This document shows, piece after piece, positions 29,401 through 36,728 of a DNA stretch of 64,000 nucleotides. Below the pieces are notes generated by a model. The model saw only the letters and a program-made list of their open reading frames with translations, was not told the DNA's origin and did not search any database. This DNA is from Planctomycetota bacterium. Lineage in GTDB: Bacteria; Planctomycetota; UBA11346. Position 1 is the stretch's first letter; every line of letters starts with the position of its first letter. The position numbers and the translations under genes are program-made. The stretch covers positions 1 through 64,000 of the forward strand of contig JBBQSO010000022.1 of NCBI GenBank assembly GCA_038213805.1, in the 5' to 3' direction.

Positions 29401-31442
29401 CGGTCGGCGATGTCGGGGCAGTCGATGTAGGCGCGCAGCAGCGGCAGCAGACCGGCGCACTGGTGCAGGAACGCCGCGGCGCGGAAGGCCGCGGCGGTGT
29501 CGAGCGGCGTGCCGACGCGCAGCCGCGCGTCGTTGGTGGTGGCCAGGGTCACCGCGGGCAGGAAGTTGCCGACCGCGCCGGCCTCGTGCATCCATTCGGC
29601 GGGGAAGAACGCGCCGCTGTCCGCTGGCAGCTGCTGCGGCGCCGGGTCGTAGGCGCTGTGCAGCGTGCCACCGGTGGCGAGCTTGAGCACCGCCTTGTGC
29701 AGCCAGCTGAGGTCGTTGGACCAGGTCACAAAGAAGCCGCTCGTCGCGGTCGAGAAGGCGTCGTTGCCGTCGCTGAAATCGAGGGCGACCAGGTGGATGG
29801 GGTCGAGTCTGGCCGCCAGCGCGCGCGCCGCCGCCAGGCTGCGCAGGTCGGCGGCGCGGTCGTCGACCACGCTGCGGTGGCGCGCGACCAACGCGCGCGC
29901 CGCCGGCAGCAGTTCGCCGAGCGCGCGGTCGCCGTCGGCGTCGAGGTCCTTGCCGTAGTCGAGGCGCTGCTGCAGCGAGCGCCAGCGCTGGTACACCGGC
30001 TCTTCCCTGGCGAGTTCGGTGCGGACCTGGGCGAGCGCCTCGGCGCTGCCGCCGCGGCGCAGATCGGCCTGACGCTCGCGCAGGTGGTCGACGCCCTCGA
30101 GCAGCCCGTCGGCGCGGTCGCCGGCCTCGTTGGCGAGCACCAGTTCGAGCAGCAGCTGCGCCTGGCGGCCCTGCTCTGCGGCGTCTGCGCCGGCCGGGAT
30201 GCGCTGGCGCAGGCCGTGGCGCAGCGCCGCGGCAAGGCCGGCGGTGCCCGGATCGACGGCGGCGAGGGTGTCGCCGACCAGCGTGGTGCGCGAGCGCGCG
30301 GCCTCGGCGTCGCCGAGCAGCCCACCGATGCGGCTGGTAGGCGCGAGCCCGCGGTCGGACTGGCGGTCGAGGGTCAGCGCGCCCATCAGCTGGCGCAGGC
30401 CGCGGAAGTACTCGGCGCGCCCGCCATTGAACACCACCAGCACGCTGCGCTGCGGCGGCGTCCGGGCCAGCGCGGCGGCGAGTTCGGCGAGCAGCGCGGC
30501 ATTCCACGCGCGCGTCGCGCCGGGTGTGAGGTGGTCGATCGGGCCGCCCGCTTCATAGCCGGCGGTCAACACCACCGCCTCGCGCCCGCTGCCGGTGCCG
30601 GGGATCAGCGCGACCAGCGAGGTCGCGGCGCGCGGTTCCCAGGCGACCTCGGACTGAAGCAGCGCCGGCTGGCCGTCGAGCGCCGGATCGAGATCGGCGA
30701 CGAAGCGCGGGAAGACCAGGCTCGCCGCCACGGTCTGCGCGGCGAGGTGGAAGCCGTCCATGCCGTCACTGCGCCGGAACACCACCGCCGCGGCGCCGAG
30801 CGACGCGACCGTGGTCCACCCAGCGCGCGCGTCCCCGTCGAGCACCACGATGTTGCCGGCGATAGGTTTTCCGCCGAGCTCGGGCAGGGTGCCGCGGCCC
30901 GCGAACACCAGGCGCGCCGAGATGGTGCGCCCGCCGGTGCCGGCGGTGGCGGCGTGGTTGCTCTGGTGCGGAGCGAGCACCAGGCGCTTGCCGCCGACCT
31001 CCAACCACGAGCCGCGGTCCGCCGCCACCGTCACCGTGGTGCGCACGCGCAGCGGCGCCAGGCCGGCGGCTTGCAAGCGCTGTTCAAGCAGGCCCAGCGC
31101 CCGCTCGGCGCCAGGCGTGCCCATGGTGCGGTCGGGAATGGCGATCAGGGTCTCGGCGAGGGTGCGGATGGCATTGGGGTCGAGATCGGCTTCCGCGGCG
31201 GCCAGGTGCAGGGGGAGCAGGGACACCATGGACACGAGGAAGAGGGTGCGAAGTGCGGAGTGCGGGGTGCGGAGTGACCGTCGCGCGGCAACGCATGCGC
31301 TCAGCCCGGATTCGGCGGGACGTGAGGGGGCGGTGGTGACGGAGTCGTACAGACACTCCGCACTCCGCACTCCGCACTCCGCACCTGCGAAACGGGGTTC
31401 CCCCATGCACCGACCAACATCACCAGGTTGACGCAGGCTCAT
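26403..31442 (-). CDS. Giant PA/M28-peptidase-like plus FtsX-type ABC permease fusion
   Basis: PA-like ARLVFAGRG..GNIVVL; M28-like AVVLTAGYE..PGA..LAELA..PQRSVLVVF; NMRRRPLRTALT and MLNSVAERGREI..ASLG (FtsX/MacB). Start is either 31442 (ATGA-coupled) or ~31229. Confidence 0.8.
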   Translation of the reverse strand: MSLRQPGDVGRCMGEPRFAGAECGVRSAECLYDSVTTAPSRPAESGLSACVAARRSLRTPHSALRTLFLVSMVSLLPLHLAAAEADLDPNAIRTLAETLIAIPDRTMGTPGAERALGLLEQRLQAAGLAPLRVRTTVTVAADRGSWLEVGGKRLVLAPHQSNHAATAGTGGRTISARLVFAGRGTLPELGGKPIAGNIVVLDGDARAGWTTVASLGAAAVVFRRSDGMDGFHLAAQTVAASLVFPRFVADLDPALDGQPALLQSEVAWEPRAATSLVALIPGTGSGREAVVLTAGYEAGGPIDHLTPGATRAWNAALLAELAAALARTPPQRSVLVVFNGGRAEYFRGLRQLMGALTLDRQSDRGLAPTSRIGGLLGDAEAARSRTTLVGDTLAAVDPGTAGLAAALRHGLRQRIPAGADAAEQGRQAQLLLELVLANEAGDRADGLLEGVDHLRERQADLRRGGSAEALAQVRTELAREEPVYQRWRSLQQRLDYGKDLDADGDRALGELLPAARALVARHRSVVDDRAADLRSLAAARALAARLDPIHLVALDFSDGNDAFSTATSGFFVTWSNDLSWLHKAVLKLATGGTLHSAYDPAPQQLPADSGAFFPAEWMHEAGAVGNFLPAVTLATTNDARLRVGTPLDTAAAFRAAAFLHQCAGLLPLLRAYIDCPDIADRKPKTLVFKQPLIAVEARATGSKNGRRPFPFALSTMVFGWRSDLVGDVRAWETAWGDLAGNAQVLFESEFSPGMGHGLPLTIYGCDARGAITHVIASGGQQKTNPGLELGINQKLEDKLVLLFRAVPSRLHGAFDPRLLTELGAVTPLSAYRNAQPNFYHCEAADGQVAVFTEPDVPLLVTASQGRVGNRLVLLGEPGGKAGEYAGRNAGGALARLTPLDAAEDMWHLDEQRLALLRRSGIEPDSLVTLHAAAERQLTLARQAWQRGDVAGASGAAQASWALTSRVYPNLLATANDVVYGLVVLLFFAIPFALICERLFLAGGTVVRKVAGFAGCFTVVFLFFLCFHPAFSLATTPMIIFLAFVIILMSMWVIGIIAARFEQEMEAIRMAGEGHHRADVSRLGVLLATVALGTSNMRRRPLRTALTAATVVLMTFILLTFAGFNPVNGTQRIALDAPAPYQGVLLRFNGWSALPEPTLERMESSWGTQLVAYPLRWMQPSAENPKFPLSGPGGSSQVTGVVGVRPGDPTGIESALLRGPAALGTPRGFGDAGDWLFLPEEILRRIGVQPGGKLRFRGREMLAGLIDVRALAGVTQLGGEAPTPLALEALEQGQAAAQAGSASGDAPSVESNSVVHLGAAAVAVARAETVAGLGGTLRAISLVPRDSTIDLARLADDLAQQVATTLRVGDQGESYLLTGVSRISVAGLGSVLVPLILGGLVIFSTMLNSVAERGREIFIYASLGLSPTHVAALFLVEAGIYAVLGGIGGYMLAQGTVSALGFAADLGFGTRPDLNYSSFAAVLTILIVMATVLLSALYPALVASRTANPGSGGEFRLPKPEGDSIAAAFPFTVAARDIRGLLAFLRRWLELHTEASTGAFTAAEAFLTIDDPRFAVTATTWLAPFDLGISQRFTLIAERTDVGAIYAVRIELELLSGQRSAWRRANVAFMRQLRQQFLVWRTLAPEAMDRYRAAGGDEQAGARLAAHEPAPALPTVGDAP
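31246..31384. repeat. Inverted pair of GTGCGGA 7-mer tandem arrays inside the 5' end of the giant ORF
   Basis: About 4 GTGCGGA units at 31246-31276 and 4 CACTCCG units at 31354-31384. Confidence 0.85.
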
Positions 31443-33244
31443 GCGTCAACCCGCATCGCTTCGATCGGATGCATGCGCGCCGCCACCAGCGCAGGCAGCA
31501 GGGCACCGAGGATGGCCAGGGTCAGCCCGGCGACCATGCCGGCGACGCACGCGGCGACGAGGTCGGCGACCGGCAGGGTCGCCCAGAACACCGCGCCGAA
31601 GCGCGTCGCGGCCTGCAGCAGCACCAGCGCGAGGCCGAGGACCACGCCGAGCAGCGATCCGGCCACACCCATCGCCGCGGACTCGATGAGGAAGGCCTTG
31701 ACGATGAACGAGTCGAGCGCGCCCAGGCACTTCATGGTCGCGATCTCGCGAAACCGTTCAGTGACCGCCATCATCATGGTGTTGACGATGCCGACCACGC
31801 ACACCAGCAGCGACAGCACCACCAGCCACACCGTGCGGCCGCCGCCCGGCGTGCCGCGCCCGCCAGAGAACGTGCGCGCCAGATCCTCAAGCTCGGCGCG
31901 GCGCAGCAGCTCGGCACGCAGTTCGGCGGTGCCGTCCGGCCCCAGCGCGGCGGTGACCAGCGCGCGTGTGCGCAGGGCGGTAGCGTCGGGATGGAGCGCG
32001 GCGAGCTGGCGCAGGTCCAACGCCTCGAGCGCCGGCTGCCCGGTCAGCGCGGGGGCGAGCGCATGCTCGAGCAGCACGCGGTTGAGGCGCGTCAGCCGGC
32101 GCTCGGCCATGCGCGCGAGGTTCTGTTTGAGCAGCAGCAGCGCCTCGGTGGGCAGCGTCTCCTGCCGCCACGCCTCCTCGTCGTAGAGTTCGGGGCGAGC
32201 CAGTTCGCGGTTGAGCGCGGCGAGGAGTTCGCCTTGGGCGGCTGGCTCGTGGGCCAGGCGCGCAGGGTCGGGCGGATGGATGCCATCGGTGGCGAAGAGC
32301 AGTTCGAGGCGGACGAGCAGGCGGTTGCCCGGCCAGACGCGGGCCAGCGCCGCCCAGTCGGCGATGTCCTGGCTGCGCAGCAGCGAAGGGTCGTTGCGGT
32401 TGGCCTCGGCGAGCACCGCCGCGGCGCGCGTACGCAGGCGTTCGATGCGGATCTGCTCGCGCAGCGCGGCGGCCTGCGCGGCGTCCTGACCCGGCAGCGC
32501 CTCGTCGAGGGGCAGACCGGCCTCGCGCAGGTCGCCGGGCGAGGTACCGCGCTGCACCTGGTCGAGCACCGCCTCGACCCCGCCGGCCGCGGCAACGCGC
32601 GCCAGACGCGCCGGTTCAGCGAGCCGCAGCGCTTCGACCGCTGCGGCTATGCCCGGGGCGTGCCGCGACAGCGTGATCAGCTCGTCGCGCGCCAACGGCA
32701 GGCGCTGACCGGTGAAGCCCGCGGCACTCGCGATCAGCTCGTCGACCGCGGCCGGCGAATCGACGTGCAGCGCCCAGTCCGCGAGCTCGCGATTGCGCGT
32801 CAGCAGGTAGGCGTGGGTGGGCTTGAGCGCGGCCGCCCATGCGATCAGGCGCACCGCGGTCTGCGCGGTACCTGGCGGGATGGCGTCGGGCGCCGCGACC
32901 GCGGGCGCGGGCGTGCGCGCCACCAGGCGCAGCAGGTCGGCGACGTTGCGCGGACGCGCCAGCATCTCGCGCAGCAGCGCCAACTGTTCGCCCGGCAGGC
33001 TGTGCGCGCGCCAGCGGCGGTAGACGGTGGCCTCGGTCAGGCCCTGGCCGAGCACCGCGAGCAGGAATGCCACCGCCAGTACCACCGACGAGATGCTGAC
33101 CAGGCTGCGCACTAGGCGCACGCGGATCGAGCGCCACGCGACCTGTGCGGCGACGCTCAGCGGCAACACGCGCGGCGGCCCGATCTGTGCCCGCTGGCGG
33201 GCGCTTGAGGTGGTGCCGGATGGCTGCGGGAGCGCCCTGGTCAT
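31439..33244 (-). CDS. FtsX/MacB-type ABC permease
   Basis: AWRSIRVRLVRS..TM, VGIVNTMMMAVTERFREIATMKCLGA and AARMHPIEAMR. Confidence 0.9.
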   Translation of the reverse strand: MTRALPQPSGTTSSARQRAQIGPPRVLPLSVAAQVAWRSIRVRLVRSLVSISSVVLAVAFLLAVLGQGLTEATVYRRWRAHSLPGEQLALLREMLARPRNVADLLRLVARTPAPAVAAPDAIPPGTAQTAVRLIAWAAALKPTHAYLLTRNRELADWALHVDSPAAVDELIASAAGFTGQRLPLARDELITLSRHAPGIAAAVEALRLAEPARLARVAAAGGVEAVLDQVQRGTSPGDLREAGLPLDEALPGQDAAQAAALREQIRIERLRTRAAAVLAEANRNDPSLLRSQDIADWAALARVWPGNRLLVRLELLFATDGIHPPDPARLAHEPAAQGELLAALNRELARPELYDEEAWRQETLPTEALLLLKQNLARMAERRLTRLNRVLLEHALAPALTGQPALEALDLRQLAALHPDATALRTRALVTAALGPDGTAELRAELLRRAELEDLARTFSGGRGTPGGGRTVWLVVLSLLVCVVGIVNTMMMAVTERFREIATMKCLGALDSFIVKAFLIESAAMGVAGSLLGVVLGLALVLLQAATRFGAVFWATLPVADLVAACVAGMVAGLTLAILGALLPALVAARMHPIEAMRVDA

Positions 33245-33600
33245 GGCGGGACCAGGCGCAGCAGGTGCCGGCGTTCGAGCAGGCGCAGGAAGTCGGCGAG
33301 CGCGACGCGCGCCTCGCGGCGGGTCAAGCGCAGGTGGCCGGCGAGGTCGCCGGCGAGGTCCTCAAAGTCGCGGCCGTCGCAGCGCGTGACCACGAAGGTG
33401 CCGAGCTCGTCAAGCTCGACCTCGATGCGTTCAGGCAGGCGCAGCCAGCGCGCGACCATGCGGTGCACCGCGCCGCGCCGGAACGGCTCCCCACGCAGGC
33501 GCACAAGCCCGCCGTCGAGCCGCTGCAGCTCGACCCCTGGAATCAGCCGCGGGATGCCCGGGGCGGGTGCACCGGGCATGCTGGCGGAGGGCGCGACCAT
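33241..33600 (-). CDS. PqqD-family (RRE-like) small protein
   Basis: VELDELGTFVVTRCDGR..DL...LAGH..LTRREA..ALADFL..LERRHLL winged-helix pattern. Confidence 0.7.
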   Translation of the reverse strand: MVAPSASMPGAPAPGIPRLIPGVELQRLDGGLVRLRGEPFRRGAVHRMVARWLRLPERIEVELDELGTFVVTRCDGRDFEDLAGDLAGHLRLTRREARVALADFLRLLERRHLLRLVPP

Positions 33601-33604
33601 GGAG

Positions 33605-34480
33605 CTAACTTCTTGAGGGGACGGCACTCCGCAAGCACATCACCGGGGTCCCGGTGCCGTACCATTCCTGCAAGACCAGGCGCTCTCCACCCGTTTCCAG
33701 CCAGGTGTGGAAGCTGCGTCCCTCGCTGCCGCCGGTCAGGCGCCGTAGCCAGCCGTGCGCCGGGCGCCGGGTGCGCACGGCGGTGACCCCGTCGGAGACT
33801 CCGCTGCCAACCACGCTTTCGCGCCGGCCGAGCTGGTCCGTGATCCACGCAGCCGGGGTACGCCCGGCCAGCACCCGCTCCGCGCAGGCGTAGCGGCGCA
33901 CCACCAGTGCCCCGGCGATGCGGTCGAGGCGCCCCTGCGGATGGTGCAGGAACAGCGCCCGGACCAGACCGGCCAGCTGCTGCACGCCCTCAAGCCGCCA
34001 CCAGGGCGGCAGCTCAAGGTCGAGACCGTAGATGCGCAGCGGGGTCGCCTGGCCGTCGCGACGGGCCCAGGCGCCAGCCACGGCCGCATGCGTCGCGGCC
34101 ACGCCGGCGGGGGCCAGGGCGCGAACCACCAGGGTCACGCCCGCGCCTGCCGGCCTTCCGTCGCTGTCGGGCAGCCAGCGTACGCCACCGCACAGTTCGC
34201 CCGCCGGGGCCGACCAACGTGCCAGCAGGCCCCCGGTGATGGCGCTGCACGCGCGGCGCTCGCCGCAACCCAGCTCGCGGCGCATGCGCCGCTCCAGCGC
34301 CTCAAGCACACGCGGCGCCTCTACCATGGCAGTTTCGCGCGCCCAACCGACGGCGAGCAGGGGCGGGCCGTCCGCGGCTGCGATCAGAGCCTGACCACGC
34401 CGCCAGCCGCCGGCAGTGCCTACCGCCTCCCAGCCCGCCGGCAGGGGGCAGCCGATGCCGTGCAGAGCGACGCCGTTCAC
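33605..34480 (-). CDS. Hypothetical protein with internal repeat (HGIGCPLPAGW / YGLDLELPPWW)
   Basis: Fills the gap in a tight operon; GTG start 7 nt after the upstream stop. Confidence 0.65.
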   Translation of the reverse strand: MNGVALHGIGCPLPAGWEAVGTAGGWRRGQALIAAADGPPLLAVGWARETAMVEAPRVLEALERRMRRELGCGERRACSAITGGLLARWSAPAGELCGGVRWLPDSDGRPAGAGVTLVVRALAPAGVAATHAAVAGAWARRDGQATPLRIYGLDLELPPWWRLEGVQQLAGLVRALFLHHPQGRLDRIAGALVVRRYACAERVLAGRTPAAWITDQLGRRESVVGSGVSDGVTAVRTRRPAHGWLRRLTGGSEGRSFHTWLETGGERLVLQEWYGTGTPVMCLRSAVPSRS

Positions 34481-34487
34481 CTGCGGC

Positions 34488-36728
34488 TCAGCGGGGCAGG
34501 AACGAGGGGTGGGTCGCGAAGTCGACGCCGCACAGGTGCAGCAGAATGGTCAGAACCATGAAGAGCACGCTGGCCAAGGCCTCGCCCACGATCAGCCCGA
34601 TGGCGAGCGGGCGCATGCGCTGATAGAGCTGCGGGCCGCCATAGCGCAGGACCAGGCACTTGGCGGACCAGCCAACCAGTACGCTGAACCAGTTCAGCCA
34701 GGTCGGGTAGCAGCTTGCGACGACGTAGCCGAGCGGGTGCAGCGGCCAGGCGGAGAACAGCATGCGCCCGATGCCGAGCACCGCGGTGATCCCGGCGCCC
34801 AGTCCGTAGCTCGGCCAGACCTCGGCCGTCGGCACACCGCTCGAGCCGTTGGCGAGCGGCTTAAGATTGTGTTCGAGCAGCGTGTAGTGCGGCCATGGGT
34901 CGGCGGGGTGCTCGCCGCCATAATAAATGACCAGCATGGCCGCGCCGCTGAGGAGCGCGCCGACCACCACCACGACGAACAGCACGGCGCTGCCCGCCAG
35001 ACGCGGCGTGCCGGCGCGCTGGCCGAGGTATTCCGCCTGGACACCGAAGGCCAGCAGGTTCTCGCGCGTGTCGCCCATCAACCCCGTGCCGATCAGCAGC
35101 AGCGGGGCGAGCGCCGCCAGCGGCAGGTGGAAGCCGGTGATGGAGAACACCACCTTGCTCAGGAAGTAGCCGGTGGGGATCTGCAGGAAGGGCAGCCCGG
35201 CTTCGGCGACCACGCGCGCCAGCACCAGCAGGAAGCCGAGGAAGATCAGCACGGTGAGCAGCGCGTGGTACCACAGCGCGCCGTTCAGGACCAGCGTCGC
35301 GGCCATCGCGGCGATGCCCGCCAGCAGCAGCCAGACGTAGGGCGCGACCTCGCGCAGCGCCGGGTCGCCACTGCGCAGCAGCGCCATGCGCAGCACCTGG
35401 AGGTAGTACCGTCGGCCGACCCACATGATGAGCAGGCACTGCACCGCAAATCCGCCGACGCCGGTGCTGGAGACCTGGTCGTCGGTGACCGGCACGCCCT
35501 GCGCGCGCAGCAGCCCGACGCCCGCCACCGTCGCCACGAAGAAGAACCACAGGCTGAAACCGAGGTCGAGGGGCAGGAAGAAGGCCAGTCCCGCGACCGA
35601 GAACCACAGCACCAGGTCGGTGATCGCCCAGCCTGCGTAGACGTCGTCGAAGGCGTGCTGGCCGAAGACCGTGCGGAAGTCCAGGTGCGTGGGGATCGCG
35701 ACCGGCAGCATTCCCCAGGTTTTAAGGCCCTGGGTGATCAGCACCGTCCCGGCGATGGCGAGGCCGACCCAGAACAGGCGCGCGCGGAACAACGGCGCGA
35801 GACGTTGGCCGGGATCGGGATCAGCAACGATGGCGAGCAGCACATTGGCGATCGGGTAGGGCAGGCGCTCGTGGTCGATCCACTGCCGGCGCACCAGGGC
35901 GGCGAGGGCGAGGCAGCAGACGAAGGCGCCGAGCAGGATCGGCAGCCAGTGCAGCAGCGGGCCCGCCCACGCGTCCCACGGCACGCCGGCGAGCGCGCTG
36001 CGTTCCACCGTCAGCACCCGCACCCGACCGGTCGGGGTCTCGACCTCGTCGCCGGCATGGTGCCCGGCGAGCAGCCGGCCCGGCGGCACGTCGAGGTCGA
36101 GCACGTCGTCACCGCCGCCCACCGCCAGGGCGCCGGTGCAGGCGGTGGCGCGGTGCGTGACGCCGTCGAGGGTGCGCCAGGCGACCACGGTGCGGTGGCC
36201 AACGGCCAGGTCGCCCCGCACCAGGCCGTTGTTGAATCCGTCGACCACGTAGCGGTACTCGGCGTCGTCACTGCGGATCGGGCCGTGCTCGGGCAGGCCG
36301 ACAAAGAAACGCGTGGGCAGCACCACGTCGCCGTTCGCCGGGGCCAGCGGCGCCAGCTCCGGGGTCGAGGTCAGCAGCTTGGCCGGTCCAGCGATGACCT
36401 GCGCAAAGAAGCGGTTGAGGCCAGAGGACACCACCCCGCCCAGGACCAGCAGCATGCCGGTGATCACCGCCAGCTCGCCCAGGCGCAGGCGGCGCGCGCC
36501 GAGCAGCGGATTGACGCCCAGGGCCAGCACCAGCACCAGCAGGGTCACGCCGGGCGGCATGAAATGGCAGTACAGGTACGAGCTGGTGTACTGCCAGTCG
36601 TTGTAGGGCGTCGCCAGCGCAAAAGTAACCACCGCGAGCGCCCCGATGGCGATGGCGCGCGGGGTCAGCGACGGACCACTGGCCGGCGGCGGAAGGCGAT
36701 CGCTCACCGGTCGGTCGTCCCGATTCAT
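34488..36728 (-). CDS. DUF6785/DUF6784-like polytopic membrane protein, paralog B
   Basis: LTPRAIAIG, LVRRQWIDHERLPYP, RVVAEAG, WPLHPLGY and RYGG..LY..PLAIGLIVGE. Start MNRDD overlaps the upstream stop (ATGA). Confidence 0.8.
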   Translation of the reverse strand: MNRDDRPVSDRLPPPASGPSLTPRAIAIGALAVVTFALATPYNDWQYTSSYLYCHFMPPGVTLLVLVLALGVNPLLGARRLRLGELAVITGMLLVLGGVVSSGLNRFFAQVIAGPAKLLTSTPELAPLAPANGDVVLPTRFFVGLPEHGPIRSDDAEYRYVVDGFNNGLVRGDLAVGHRTVVAWRTLDGVTHRATACTGALAVGGGDDVLDLDVPPGRLLAGHHAGDEVETPTGRVRVLTVERSALAGVPWDAWAGPLLHWLPILLGAFVCCLALAALVRRQWIDHERLPYPIANVLLAIVADPDPGQRLAPLFRARLFWVGLAIAGTVLITQGLKTWGMLPVAIPTHLDFRTVFGQHAFDDVYAGWAITDLVLWFSVAGLAFFLPLDLGFSLWFFFVATVAGVGLLRAQGVPVTDDQVSSTGVGGFAVQCLLIMWVGRRYYLQVLRMALLRSGDPALREVAPYVWLLLAGIAAMAATLVLNGALWYHALLTVLIFLGFLLVLARVVAEAGLPFLQIPTGYFLSKVVFSITGFHLPLAALAPLLLIGTGLMGDTRENLLAFGVQAEYLGQRAGTPRLAGSAVLFVVVVVGALLSGAAMLVIYYGGEHPADPWPHYTLLEHNLKPLANGSSGVPTAEVWPSYGLGAGITAVLGIGRMLFSAWPLHPLGYVVASCYPTWLNWFSVLVGWSAKCLVLRYGGPQLYQRMRPLAIGLIVGEALASVLFMVLTILLHLCGVDFATHPSFLPR

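Noticed and set aside
26445..31277. 1610-aa plus-strand ORF
   Set aside because: Antisense shadow of the giant permease, caused by high-GC codon bias; no motifs.
33241..33600. PQQ biosynthesis or RiPP cluster implied by the PqqD-like gene
   Set aside because: No pqqA/B/C/E, radical SAM, YcaO or precursor peptide seen in the window.
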